A stretch of DNA of 59,338 bases, filler included. It is 7 parts of 7 records of this genome, joined end to end, with 100 filler letters (N's around TTAATTAATTAA, not from the genome) between each part and the next. Parts side by side here need not be neighbours in the genome. Positions count along the whole stretch, not along the records: positions 30,061 to 37,179 come from SRR31156797_51712; positions 37,280 to 52,804 come from SRR31156797_51716; 5 more parts are not named here. One strand, written 5' to 3'. The position numbers and the translations under genes are program-made. Positions within the stretch are counted from its first letter, which is position 1. Each line of letters opens with the position of its first letter. Shown piece after piece: positions 30,091 to 39,303 of this stretch. The notes below the pieces were generated by a model, which saw only the letters and a program-made list of their open reading frames with translations, ran no database searches and had not been told where the DNA came from.

Positions 30091-32015
30091 TATTCTTTCC
30101 CCGTTCTCTTCCTGTATTCTTCTAACTTTTCTTCCACTTCTTCCCAGCGCATGAAGGTGGTCTCATGCTCAGCTTCGAGGTTTTCGAGCTTGGCTTGTGC
30201 TGCGGCCATTTCTTCGCCGGATTTTTTGTAGAATTCAGGGTCGGCCATGAGATTTTGCATTTCTTCGATGGACCCTTCAAGCGCTTCGATTTTCCCGGGC
30301 AGCTCGGTTATTTCTACTTCGAAAGCTTCAAACTCGCGCTGTTCTTTGTAGCTGAGTTTTTCCGGGCGTGCGTTCGGGGATTTCTTCGGCTTGGGCTTGG
30401 CTGCTTTGGGCTTTACTTCTTCTTCGGGCTGCTGACGCTGGCGTACCCAGTCGTCGTAACCGCCAACGTAATCGTTGACCTGTGCCTTGCCTTCAAAGGC
30501 CAGAGTTCCGGTAACCACGTTGTTCAGGAAGGCACGGTCATGGCTGACTATGATCACTGTGCCGGGATATTCCATTATCCGGTCTTCGAGAAGTTCAAGG
30601 GTCTCGGCGTCAAGGTCGTTTGTAGGTTCATCCATTATCAGCAGGTTGGAAGGACGGGTGAACAAACGGGCTAAAAGCAAGCGGTTGCGTTCCCCGCCGG
30701 AAAGTACGCTGACCGGGGAATTGGCCCGGTCCGGGGAGAATAGGAAATCTTTGAGGTATCCCATGACGTGCTTGTTGCGGCCATTGATGGTCACGGTATC
30801 GTTACCGTCAGCCACACTGTCGCGTACGGATTTATTCGGGTCGAGCTGTTCGCGGTGCTGGTCGAAATAGGAAATTTCAAGTTTGGTGCCGAGTTTCAGG
30901 GTACCGGAATCCGGTTTGAGATTGCCCAGCAGTACTTGGATGAGAGTGGTTTTACCTGCGCCGTTGGGGCCGATAATGCCGACCCGGTCTCCACGCATGA
31001 TGGAGGTGGACAGGTCTTTGAAAATAGGATTTCCGTCCCAGGCGTAGGAGGCGTTCACGGTTTCGACTACAACCTTACCGGAGCGTGCGGCTTCCTGTAT
31101 TTCTATGGTTGCTTTACCGGTTCGTTCGCGGCGTTGCTTGCGTTCATCGCGCAGCCTTTTCAGGGCACGCACACGGCCTTCGTTACGGGTACGGCGGGCC
31201 TTGATGCCCTGCCTGATCCATACTTCCTCGCGGGCCAGTTTCTTGTCGAATTCGGACCAGTTTTTTTCTTCGGCAGCAAGCAGTTCTTCTTTGCGCTTGA
31301 GGAATGTGTCGTAATCACAGGACCAGTCAGCAAGGTTACCACGGTCCAGTTCAATGATCCGGGTGGCTATTTTGCGCAGGAACATGCGGTCATGAGTAAT
31401 AAAGATCAGAGTACGGATGTTCTTGACCAGAAATTCTTCAAGCCATGCGATGGAGTCAATGTCCAGATGGTTGGTAGGTTCGTCCAAAAGTAGAACATCC
31501 GGTTTGGAGGCCAATGCCCGGGCCAGCAGGGCGCGTCTCTTCAAACCGCCGGAAAGGGTTTCAAAGCGCATTTCAGCACTGAGTGACAGGCGGGAGATAA
31601 CCATCTCAATTGTGGTCAGGGCTTCCCAGCCGCCATGTTTCTCCATGATTTCTTCCACTTCGGAAAGCTTGGACACATCACCGCCGTTGGCAACTTCAAG
31701 GCTGACCGTATGGTAGCGGGTCAGGGCATCTCCCAGATCGCCGAGTCCTCCGGCTACAACTTCAAAGATGGAGCCTTTCAGCACCTCGGGGACTTTCTGG
31801 GAAAGGCGGGCCACGCTGACCCCTTTCTGATAAGAGATGTTTCCGTCATCGGGAACGAGATCTCCGCTCATAAGCCGGAGCAGTGTGGATTTACCTTCCC
31901 CGTTACGCCCAACAATACAGATACGTTGGCCTTCTTCAACCTGAAAGGATACGTTATCCAGTAGCTGGGGGCCGCCGAAGGTCATAGAAACATCATTTAC
32001 ACTCATCAAAGCCAT
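30090..32015 (-). CDS. uup: ABC-F family ATPase Uup
   Basis: Two ABC cassettes, WIRQGIKARRTRNEGRVRAL linker and C-terminal KLSYKEQRE coiled coil. Confidence 0.9.
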   Translation of the reverse strand: MALMSVNDVSMTFGGPQLLDNVSFQVEEGQRICIVGRNGEGKSTLLRLMSGDLVPDDGNISYQKGVSVARLSQKVPEVLKGSIFEVVAGGLGDLGDALTRYHTVSLEVANGGDVSKLSEVEEIMEKHGGWEALTTIEMVISRLSLSAEMRFETLSGGLKRRALLARALASKPDVLLLDEPTNHLDIDSIAWLEEFLVKNIRTLIFITHDRMFLRKIATRIIELDRGNLADWSCDYDTFLKRKEELLAAEEKNWSEFDKKLAREEVWIRQGIKARRTRNEGRVRALKRLRDERKQRRERTGKATIEIQEAARSGKVVVETVNASYAWDGNPIFKDLSTSIMRGDRVGIIGPNGAGKTTLIQVLLGNLKPDSGTLKLGTKLEISYFDQHREQLDPNKSVRDSVADGNDTVTINGRNKHVMGYLKDFLFSPDRANSPVSVLSGGERNRLLLARLFTRPSNLLIMDEPTNDLDAETLELLEDRIMEYPGTVIIVSHDRAFLNNVVTGTLAFEGKAQVNDYVGGYDDWVRQRQQPEEEVKPKAAKPKPKKSPNARPEKLSYKEQREFEAFEVEITELPGKIEALEGSIEEMQNLMADPEFYKKSGEEMAAAQAKLENLEAEHETTFMRWEEVEEKLEEYRKRTGKE

Positions 32016-32286
32016 TAGTTTAACTCCGCACTATACTTGATTAAAAATATAATATAATTAAAGACAGGTATTATTGATTTCATTAATATCTCAGACTTGA
32101 GGGCGGCAGTGTAGAATTTTGCTGCCAAAAAGGGAAGTCTGTTCCGGACCATTGAAAAGCAATGCTTTGCGTTACATTTTGTTGACGAAAGTCTACGCTT
32201 AGGGCAGATAACCCATAATGTTTGCTCCTGTGGAGTCTTTTTAATGGATTTTCAACCCCTGCTTTTGAGCGGGCGGGATATATAAG

Positions 32287-32688
32287 ATGAGTACTGGCGA
32301 TAGATTACTGGACATCTTTCAGGATGAAACACTTGAACGGCTCGATAATATTGAGACCGGTCTTTTACAGTTGGAGAACAGTCCTACGGACCTTACCCCC
32401 GAATTGATCAATTCAATTTTCAGGGATGCACATTCAATCAAGGCCGGTTCCAATCTGCTTAAGCTGACCGTCATTGAGGAACTGTCCCACAAATTGGAGA
32501 ATGTTCTAGAAATGATTCGCTCCGAAGGCCTGATTCCCACAGAGCTTATTATCACCGCTTCCTTGGAGTCCGTGGATAAACTGCGTTCTCTGACCGAAGA
32601 TGTGCTCAGCAGCAACACCAAGAGTATTCGCTTACAGAAGACCATGCTTGAAGTTTCAGTGCAACGCGCACTTGCTGGTGAAAATTAG
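32287..32688 (+). CDS. Stand-alone Hpt (CheA P1-like) phosphotransfer protein
   Basis: IFRDAHSIKAGS...HKLENVL; only 133 aa. Confidence 0.85.
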   Translation: MSTGDRLLDIFQDETLERLDNIETGLLQLENSPTDLTPELINSIFRDAHSIKAGSNLLKLTVIEELSHKLENVLEMIRSEGLIPTELIITASLESVDKLRSLTEDVLSSNTKSIRLQKTMLEVSVQRALAGEN

Positions 32689-32711
32689 ATCGTTTTTTAG
32701 AGACAAATTTT

Positions 32712-32746
32712 AAGCCCCCGTAATGTGTTCATTGCGGGGGCTTTTT
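32712..32746. terminator. Intrinsic terminator between the convergent Hpt and flavodoxin genes
   Basis: AAGCCCCCGTAATG-tgtt-CATTGCGGGGGCTTTTT. Confidence 0.75.
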
Positions 32747-32769
32747 ATATGGATTTTTGAATATTCAGT

Positions 32770-33210
32770 TTAAATTTTCTCGGCTATTTCTTTACCCCAT
32801 TCAGTAATCGCGCCGCGTTCCGGGTCGCCGTCGATTTTGAGGCTGTCGCCGATAACTACAGCACCCATTTTTTCGAGCTTTTCTTCGATAGCATCCACAG
32901 CCCCGCAAAAATAAGTGTAATCGAAATCGCCGCATCCAAAAACAGAAACTTTTTTGCCCTTTAAATCCGCATCTTCGAGGCAATCGTAGAGGGGAATAAA
33001 GTCATCCTGTAGTTCGATTTCTTCTTCCCCCCAAGTGGAGCAGCCGAAGAGCACTAGGTCGTATCCATTACCGAGATCGGCAACACTGACATCGGTAACA
33101 TTTTTCAGTTCCACTTCAATTTCTTTGTTTTCAAAGGCTTCAGCCACATATTCGGCGGCAGTTTCAGTATTTCCAGTAGTTGAGCCGTAAACGATCAGTG
33201 ATTTGGACAT
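32770..33210 (-). CDS. fld: Short-chain flavodoxin
   Basis: [15 protein letters not shown] and FGCGD..Y.YFCGAVD motifs. From memory, close to Desulfovibrio (Maridesulfovibrio) salexigens flavodoxin. Confidence 0.95.
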   Translation of the reverse strand: MSKSLIVYGSTTGNTETAAEYVAEAFENKEIEVELKNVTDVSVADLGNGYDLVLFGCSTWGEEEIELQDDFIPLYDCLEDADLKGKKVSVFGCGDFDYTYFCGAVDAIEEKLEKMGAVVIGDSLKIDGDPERGAITEWGKEIAEKI

Positions 33211-33240
33211 AGAGTCCTCCTTTAGGTTCTGTGATCGGGT

Positions 33241-33300
33241 TGATAACGTTATTTTGTTTTGTAGTGAGAGTGAAATTCAAAGTCAATATCAATTTGAAAA
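33241..33300 (-). promoter_or_regulatory. Possible Fur-binding region upstream of flavodoxin
   Basis: AT-rich imperfect palindromes (TGATAACGTTATT; TTGATATTGACTTTGAATTTCAC on the minus strand). Flavodoxins are commonly iron-repressed. Confidence 0.35.
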
Positions 33301-33327
33301 AATATTAAGAAGTATGTGAAAATATCA

Positions 33328-33457
33328 GCCGGGAGGTAATTGAGTGTTTACGCCGCGGCTGAGTGGTGTTATGCACTCCTTAAGACTAACCGATATATCT
33401 CGGCTCGGCCTGCGCCATTGACGGCTGCCGTGCTTTTTCGGGCTCTGCCTCCCCGGC
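33328..33457. ncRNA. Candidate structured non-coding RNA (rod-like, ~130 nt), family unassigned
   Basis: GC-rich island in an AT-rich spacer. Ends pair (GCCGGGAGGTA / TGCCTCCCCGGC), with internal helices TACG-cc-GCGGC/GCTGCCGTG and GAGTG/CACTC. Confidence 0.4.
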
Positions 33458-33486
33458 AGGGTGTAAGGTCCAACTTCATTTACAAT

Positions 33487-33516
33487 TTGATATTGATTGC
33501 GTGAGATTGCCATAAT
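33487..33516 (+). promoter_or_regulatory. Putative sigma70 promoter for the aro operon
   Basis: TTGATA-N18-CATAAT with an extended -10 TG. Confidence 0.4.
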
Positions 33517-33678
33517 CTTTCGTGTTCGGTGCTTTCCTTTTTATTCCGGCCGATTTTTCCTGCTGTTTTCTGCATAGTCTGTTATATTCAGACTTCATCT
33601 TTGCAGTATTTTTCTATTTAGCGCCATCAAACCGGCCCGGACTTCTTTTCAACTTCAAATAATACGGAGGTCACTACC

Positions 33679-34770
33679 ATGAGTGTACAACTTGATGTAA
33701 CCGGTTTGGATTCTTGGGGATTCAATAACGAAGGCCCGCTGATCATTGCAGGGCCCTGTAGTGCTGAATCCCGCGAGCAGCTTCTCGAAACTGCCCGCGG
33801 CATCAAAGACAAAGGTGTGCATGTCCTGCGTGCCGGGATTTGGAAACCGCGTACCCGCCCCGGCTGTTTTGAAGGTATGGGTGAAGAAGGCCTCAAGTGG
33901 CTGGTAGAAGCTAAAGAGGAAACCGGGCTGCCCATTTCCTGCGAAACTGCTACACCCGAGCACGTTGAACTCTGCCTTAAATATGGCGTGGACATGATTT
34001 GGGTTGGTGCTAGAACCACTGTTAACCCTTTTGCGGTGCAGGCTCTGGCTGATTCCCTCAAGGGAACCGATATTCCTGTGCTGGTTAAAAACCCCATTAA
34101 CCCTGATGTGGAACTCTGGCTTGGCGCTTTGGAACGTATCAACAAGGCTGGAGTTAAAAAGTTAGGTGCTATTCACCGTGGTTTTTCTTCCGCCCGTCCC
34201 AGCGAATTCCGTAATGCTCCCAACTGGAGAATTTTTATTGAACTGCGTCGCCGTGCTGAAGGAATGCCCATTATCTGTGACCCCAGCCACCTTTGCGGTA
34301 AGCGTGAACTGATCCCCGCAGTAGCTCAGAAGTCTCTTGATCTTCTTTTTGACGGTCTGATGATTGAATCCCACATCAACCCTGATGTTGCCCTGAGCGA
34401 CAGCAAGCAGCAGTTTACTCCCGAAGATCTCGGCGAGGTTCTGGCGGGTCTTGAGGTTAAACAGCCCGCAGCAGAAGATGAAGAATTTGCCCTGCGCATG
34501 GAAAGCAAGCGTACCCGCCTTGTTGAAATTGATGACGCCATTGTCGAACTTCTTGCCGAGCGTATGGCTCTTGGTCGTAAGATCGGTAAGATGAAATGTG
34601 AGCGCAATATTGCTCTCTTGCAGCCCGCACAGTGGAAGAAAACTGTTGAAAAGCGCACCCGCGAAGGTGTTGCCCGCGGCATGGATGAACACTTCATGCT
34701 CCGTATTTTTCAGTACATTCACGAAGAATCCTTGCGTCAACAGGAATGCGTGCTGGCCGGGGAAGAGTAA
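33679..34770 (+). CDS. Bifunctional DAHP synthase (class I-beta) / C-terminal chorismate mutase
   Basis: IIAGPCSAES, RAGIWKPRTRP, IHRGF, CDPSH and GLMIESH motifs. C-terminal AroQ-like R..ID..I..LL.ERM...IH.ES. GGAGG RBS. Confidence 0.9.
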   Translation: MSVQLDVTGLDSWGFNNEGPLIIAGPCSAESREQLLETARGIKDKGVHVLRAGIWKPRTRPGCFEGMGEEGLKWLVEAKEETGLPISCETATPEHVELCLKYGVDMIWVGARTTVNPFAVQALADSLKGTDIPVLVKNPINPDVELWLGALERINKAGVKKLGAIHRGFSSARPSEFRNAPNWRIFIELRRRAEGMPIICDPSHLCGKRELIPAVAQKSLDLLFDGLMIESHINPDVALSDSKQQFTPEDLGEVLAGLEVKQPAAEDEEFALRMESKRTRLVEIDDAIVELLAERMALGRKIGKMKCERNIALLQPAQWKKTVEKRTREGVARGMDEHFMLRIFQYIHEESLRQQECVLAGEE

Positions 34771-35858
34771 TGCCCAAGGTCAAAGTTGAACTGCGCGGGG
34801 AGTTCGATAATTCCTATGAGATCAGCGTGGGCTATTCCGTCATGGATGAAGTTGTTGCTGATCTCAAGGCACGGAAATACGGACATACCCCGGTAGTTAT
34901 CTGCGATGAAAATACCCGTGAGCTTTTCGGCCATGTGTTGGTCGAAAAGCTTGCTCTTGCAGATGTTGATCCGCTGTTGCTCACTGTTCCTGCCGGAGAG
35001 AGCAGCAAGTCACTTGATGTCTTCGGTTCCCTGCTCGAAGCCATGCTTGAAGCCGGGATCACTCGTCAGGATGTTGTGGTTGCCCTTGGTGGCGGAGTGG
35101 TTGGAGATTTGTCCGGCTATGTTGCCGGGAGCTACATGCGCGGTATTAATTTTGTGCAGGTGCCCACAACTCTGCTCTCACAGGTGGATTCATCTGTGGG
35201 TGGTAAGGTGGCGGTGAACATCAAGCATTGGAAGAATTATTGCGGCATGTTCTATCAGCCTAAGCGGGTTTACACTAACATCTCAGCCCTTGAATCTTTG
35301 CCCGAACGGGAAATTCTCAGCGGGCTTGGCGAAGTGGTTAAGACAGCTTTCATCGCTGACCGCGAGCTTGTTGATTATATTTCAGCCAATGCAGATAATG
35401 TCCGTTCTCTTGATCGTGAGGTTATGGCTAAGGTTGTGGCTCGTTGCTGTGAGATCAAGGCTGATGTGGTTATCCGTGACGAAAAAGAAGGCGGAGTGCG
35501 CCGAATTCTCAATTACGGTCATACCGTAGGCCATGCCATTGAAACATTTGCCGGATACAAGATATCTCACGGTGAGTGTGTGGCGTGGGGCATGCGTATT
35601 GTCGCTAGGGCTTGCCATAAAGCCGGGATGCTTTCCGTTGATGATCTCAAGCTGCATGAAGAACTCATGGATAAGTTGGGCCTTGCTACCGGTAAGCTCG
35701 ACATCGAGTCTGCTAAAATCATGGAACTCATGAAGAAAGACAAGAAGGTCAAACAGGGGCAGGTTGTGATTGTCGGCCTTGACAGATTAGGCAATGCAGT
35801 GGTTAGGGAAGATTTCCCCCTTGAGCTTATTGAGGTGGAATTACGAGATTTACCCTAA
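34770..35858 (+). CDS. aroB: 3-dehydroquinate synthase
   Basis: GGGVVGD, PTTLLSQVDSSVGGK and LNYGHTVGHAIE motifs. ATG at 34770 overlaps the upstream TAA (TAATG). Confidence 0.93.
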   Translation: MPKVKVELRGEFDNSYEISVGYSVMDEVVADLKARKYGHTPVVICDENTRELFGHVLVEKLALADVDPLLLTVPAGESSKSLDVFGSLLEAMLEAGITRQDVVVALGGGVVGDLSGYVAGSYMRGINFVQVPTTLLSQVDSSVGGKVAVNIKHWKNYCGMFYQPKRVYTNISALESLPEREILSGLGEVVKTAFIADRELVDYISANADNVRSLDREVMAKVVARCCEIKADVVIRDEKEGGVRRILNYGHTVGHAIETFAGYKISHGECVAWGMRIVARACHKAGMLSVDDLKLHEELMDKLGLATGKLDIESAKIMELMKKDKKVKQGQVVIVGLDRLGNAVVREDFPLELIEVELRDLP

Positions 35859-35884
35859 GCACAATATAAATATATTGCTAATTC

Positions 35885-35909
35885 AGGGAGTCTCAGGACT
35901 CCCTTTTTT
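35885..35909 (+). terminator. Intrinsic terminator after aroB
   Basis: AGGGAGTC-tcag-GACTCCCT followed by a T-run. Confidence 0.7.
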
Positions 35910-35929
35910 ATTTCCAATGGAGACTGACA

Positions 35930-37090
35930 ATGAAAAATAGCACCAAGTTGATCAATGCGGGCAAAGCTGAGGCCCTGCAAGTTATTGATACCATTAATCC
36001 GCCTCTGCACCGCGCTTCCACTGTCTTTTTTGATTCTTACGCAGACATGCTTAAGGCGAACAAGGGTGAGTTTGAGGGTGTTGAGTACGGCACATGCGGG
36101 CTGGCTGCGCAAAAAGCTTTTGAGGCTGCGATGGTTGAGATGGAGGGCGCACACGGCTGTAAAACTTTTCAGTCCGGTATTGCCGCCATTGCCATGGTGC
36201 TCATGGCCTACACAAAACAGGGTGATCACATCTTGATTTGTGACAACGTTTACGGACCTACCCGCCATTTCTGTGATGGATTCCTGTCCAAGTATGGTGT
36301 TGAAACCGAATACCTGCCTTCTGACGCGGGTGCGGGCATAGCTGATTACATCCGCGAGAACACAACTCTGCTTTTTATGGAATCTCCCGGTTCAAATACC
36401 CTTGAGATTCAGGATGTTCCGGCAATTACAAAAATCTGCCAAGAAAAAGGTGTAGCCTCAGTCATCGATAACACATGGGCCACTCCTTTATATTTTAATC
36501 CATTTGAGCATGGCGTGGATGTTTCCATCCAGTCCTGCACCAAGTACATTACCGGGCATTCCGATATCCTGCTGGGCACAGTTTCCACCAATGAGCAGAG
36601 CTGGACAGCTTTTGAAAAATGCTGCGGTCTTTTTGAAGCTTTTGCCGCGCAGGAAGATTGCTATCAGGCTTTACGCGGTTTGCGGACTCTGAAAATTCGC
36701 CTCAAGGCTCATGAACAGGCCGCTCTTGAGATTGCAAAATGGCTGGAGGCTCATGAAATGGTTGAGTCCGTGATCCATCCGGCTCTTGAAAGCCATCCCC
36801 AGTATGATCTTTGGAAACGGTATTTCAAAGGTTCCAGCGGGCTTTTCTCGTTTACTCTCAAGAATGAATATGAAGATATCGATCATTCTCCATTTGTGGA
36901 CAATCTCGAGCTTTTCGGTCTCGGCTATAGTTGGGGCGGATATAAAAGTTTGATCACCGGAGGAAAATTTCGGCGTACCAATCATTTTGGCTACGAGGGG
37001 AGAACTATATTCCGCTTGAATATCGGGCTGGAAGACGTGGAAGATCTGAAGGATGATTTGGCGCAGGGGCTGGAAAGATTAAAAAAGTAA
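35930..37090 (+). CDS. metC: Cystathionine beta-lyase
   Basis: NPPLHRAST, ESPGSNT, DNTWA, SCTKY..GHSD (PLP Lys) and GYSWGG motifs. Confidence 0.88.
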   Translation: MKNSTKLINAGKAEALQVIDTINPPLHRASTVFFDSYADMLKANKGEFEGVEYGTCGLAAQKAFEAAMVEMEGAHGCKTFQSGIAAIAMVLMAYTKQGDHILICDNVYGPTRHFCDGFLSKYGVETEYLPSDAGAGIADYIRENTTLLFMESPGSNTLEIQDVPAITKICQEKGVASVIDNTWATPLYFNPFEHGVDVSIQSCTKYITGHSDILLGTVSTNEQSWTAFEKCCGLFEAFAAQEDCYQALRGLRTLKIRLKAHEQAALEIAKWLEAHEMVESVIHPALESHPQYDLWKRYFKGSSGLFSFTLKNEYEDIDHSPFVDNLELFGLGYSWGGYKSLITGGKFRRTNHFGYEGRTIFRLNIGLEDVEDLKDDLAQGLERLKK

Positions 37091-37124
37091 AGCTGTTTTT
37101 CGCTCAGTATGTCCGCGCTAGGAG

Positions 37125-37179
37125 CGAAGCACAATAAAAGGTTTTGAAAGGATGGGGTCCGGGGAAGGAAAACTTTTGC
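37125..37179. repeat. Fragment of a probable REP-like repeat at the contig end
   Basis: AAAAGGTTTTGAAAGGATGGGGTCCGGGGAAGGAAAACTTTTGC; the contig breaks within it. Confidence 0.45.
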
Positions 37180-37279
37180 NNNNNNNNNNNNNNNNNNNNN
37201 NNNNNNNNNNNNNNNNNNNNNNNTTAATTAATTAANNNNNNNNNNNNNNNNNNNNNNNNNNNNNNNNNNNNNNNNNNNN
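37180..37279. other. Artificial contig linker
   Basis: N44-TTAATTAATTAA-N44. Confidence 0.98.
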
Positions 37280-37429
37280 GTAGGCTTTCATAAACAGGGC
37301 GGCCATGTGGTCATCGGCATCCTTGCTTGCCGGGGCGGCATGCGAAATTTTCATGGTATATTCGGCGGCGTGCACCGGTGCGGCAAAAACGAACATTACC
37401 AGAGAGAGTAGTACCAATACTTTTTTCAA
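37280..37429 (-). CDS. TRAP transporter substrate-binding protein (DctP), N-terminal fragment, 3' truncated
   Basis: Signal peptide followed by AEYTMKISH. GGAGG RBS; follows dctQ and dctM. Confidence 0.7.
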
Positions 37430-37463
37430 AATGATCCTCCTTCAACAAATGATTTATATTCGC

Positions 37464-38750
37464 TCAAATCATTCCCAGGGCTTTGGGAACAAATAAGGCC
37501 AGTGGTGGATAGTAGGACAGTAAAAAAATCACCAGAATCTGCGCGATCCAAAACGGCAGCATGGCCCTGGCGACGGTTTCAAATTTTAGTCCGCTGATAG
37601 TGGTTATGACAAACAACACCAGTCCGAAAGGCGGTGTGGCCAGACCGATGCACAAGTTTACACACATGACTATGCCGAAATGCAGGGGGTCGACTCCCGC
37701 CTGTGTCATAATAGGCAAAAGGATAGGACCCAGGATTAGTATGGCCGGCCCGGCGTCCAGGAACATTCCGATGAAGAGTAAAATCAGGTTGGCCATGAAG
37801 ATAAGCACATAAGGGTTGTCGGTAATGCCCAATATCTGGGCTGACAACCTGGCGGGCACTTGGGATATGCCTGTGATCCAGGCAAATACCACGGCCGCGG
37901 CCACCATGAACATTATGTTGGCCGAGGTGAGCCCGGCTTTTTTCAGAATATCGGGCATATCTTTCAGGGTGATGGTTTTCAACACAAATAAACTGATGAA
38001 AAAGGCATAGCCTACAGCCACTGCCGCGGCTTCCGTGGGCGAGAAAAACCCGCCCACGATGCCGCCCAGTATAATAACCGGAGTCAAAAGGGGCAGAAAG
38101 GCCTGGACAATTGTCCGCATCGCTTCTTTATAAGTATAGCGGCTTTCATGGCGTGGGAAGTTATATTTAACGGCGAAGTAGGCCGTGACGCCCATCAGTG
38201 ACAAGCCTGTGAGCAGTCCTGGTATAATCCCGCCGGCAAAGAGCGAACCGACGGGCATGTTCATGACATAGGCGTACACGACCATGACGATTGAAGGCGG
38301 AATAATAGGGCCTATCACGGAACTTGCCGCTGTAACCGCGGCTGCGAATTCTTTTTTGTAGCCGTCCTTTTCCATGGCCGGGACGAGCATGCTGCCGAGA
38401 GCCGAAGTGTCGGCCACGGCCGAGCCTGAAAGCCCCGCGAACAGCATGCTGGCCATGATGTTTACATGGGCAAGGCCGCCTCGGAAACGTCCTACAAAGA
38501 GATCGGAGAACTGGACAAGGCGCTGGGTTATTCCGCCTCGGTTCATCAGTTCTCCGGCCAGAATAAACAAAGGAAGCGCCAGAAGCGGAGACTGATTTAT
38601 TCCTGCAAATAGGCGCTGGGGGATCATCTTGAGAAACACTGTCTGGTCGGTGACAATAAACGTGCTTATGGGGGCGAATATGAGGCCGTAGGCCACGGGC
38701 ATGCCAACCAGAATAAATATAATGAGCAGGTAAAAGTAACTAACGGACAT
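37464..38750 (-). CDS. TRAP transporter large permease (DctM)
   Basis: LLALPLFILAGELM, SGSAVAD, IIPPS and TPPFG motifs. Confidence 0.93.
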   Translation of the reverse strand: MSVSYFYLLIIFILVGMPVAYGLIFAPISTFIVTDQTVFLKMIPQRLFAGINQSPLLALPLFILAGELMNRGGITQRLVQFSDLFVGRFRGGLAHVNIMASMLFAGLSGSAVADTSALGSMLVPAMEKDGYKKEFAAAVTAASSVIGPIIPPSIVMVVYAYVMNMPVGSLFAGGIIPGLLTGLSLMGVTAYFAVKYNFPRHESRYTYKEAMRTIVQAFLPLLTPVIILGGIVGGFFSPTEAAAVAVGYAFFISLFVLKTITLKDMPDILKKAGLTSANIMFMVAAAVVFAWITGISQVPARLSAQILGITDNPYVLIFMANLILLFIGMFLDAGPAILILGPILLPIMTQAGVDPLHFGIVMCVNLCIGLATPPFGLVLFVITTISGLKFETVARAMLPFWIAQILVIFLLSYYPPLALFVPKALGMI

Positions 38751-38766
38751 GGGCTGATCCTTCTTT

Positions 38767-39300
38767 TTAAATCTCTGCTTTTGCTAACGTATTGCGCTCC
38801 CGGATGAATGATTCCAGGAAGTTTTTTGATTCAATAATTATGACCAGAGTGAATGATATGGGCATGGCGACGTACACCCAGAACATGGACAGGAAATCCA
38901 TGGATATCATATTGCTGTCCATTGTGGTTTTAGTATAGACGGCGCTGTAATACAGGAGCACCGCGCTAGTGAAGATCACCAGCACGTGAATGAGTCTCCC
39001 GACAAACAACTCGATCGGTTTGGGCAGTCTTGCCTGCAGCACAAGAACCGCGACCAGTTCCTGCTTTTCGAAAATGACAGGGAGTCCGAGGAAGGTCATC
39101 CAGACCATCATGTACCTGGCCAGTTCTTCCACCCAGGCCAGCGGCAGGTTGAAGCAGGACCGAAGTATGACCCCGGCCAGAACAGACCCGGCCAATACGA
39201 TCATTACCAGGATAAGCAGACGGTTGGGCAGCCAGAGCAGGACCTTGATAAGGGCATCCAGTTTATTTAATAAATTGGACAAGGCGGATTGGCTCTGCAT
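38767..39300 (-). CDS. TRAP transporter small permease (DctQ)
   Basis: W.EELARY...W..FLG motif; four TM segments. Confidence 0.88.
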   Translation of the reverse strand: MQSQSALSNLLNKLDALIKVLLWLPNRLLILVMIVLAGSVLAGVILRSCFNLPLAWVEELARYMMVWMTFLGLPVIFEKQELVAVLVLQARLPKPIELFVGRLIHVLVIFTSAVLLYYSAVYTKTTMDSNMISMDFLSMFWVYVAMPISFTLVIIIESKNFLESFIRERNTLAKAEI

Positions 39301-39303
39301 TTT

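Noticed and set aside
33325-33513. 62-aa minus-strand ORF as a leader peptide or small protein
   Set aside because: No clear RBS, no recognisable motif and wrong orientation for aro attenuation. The region is better explained as structured RNA plus promoters.
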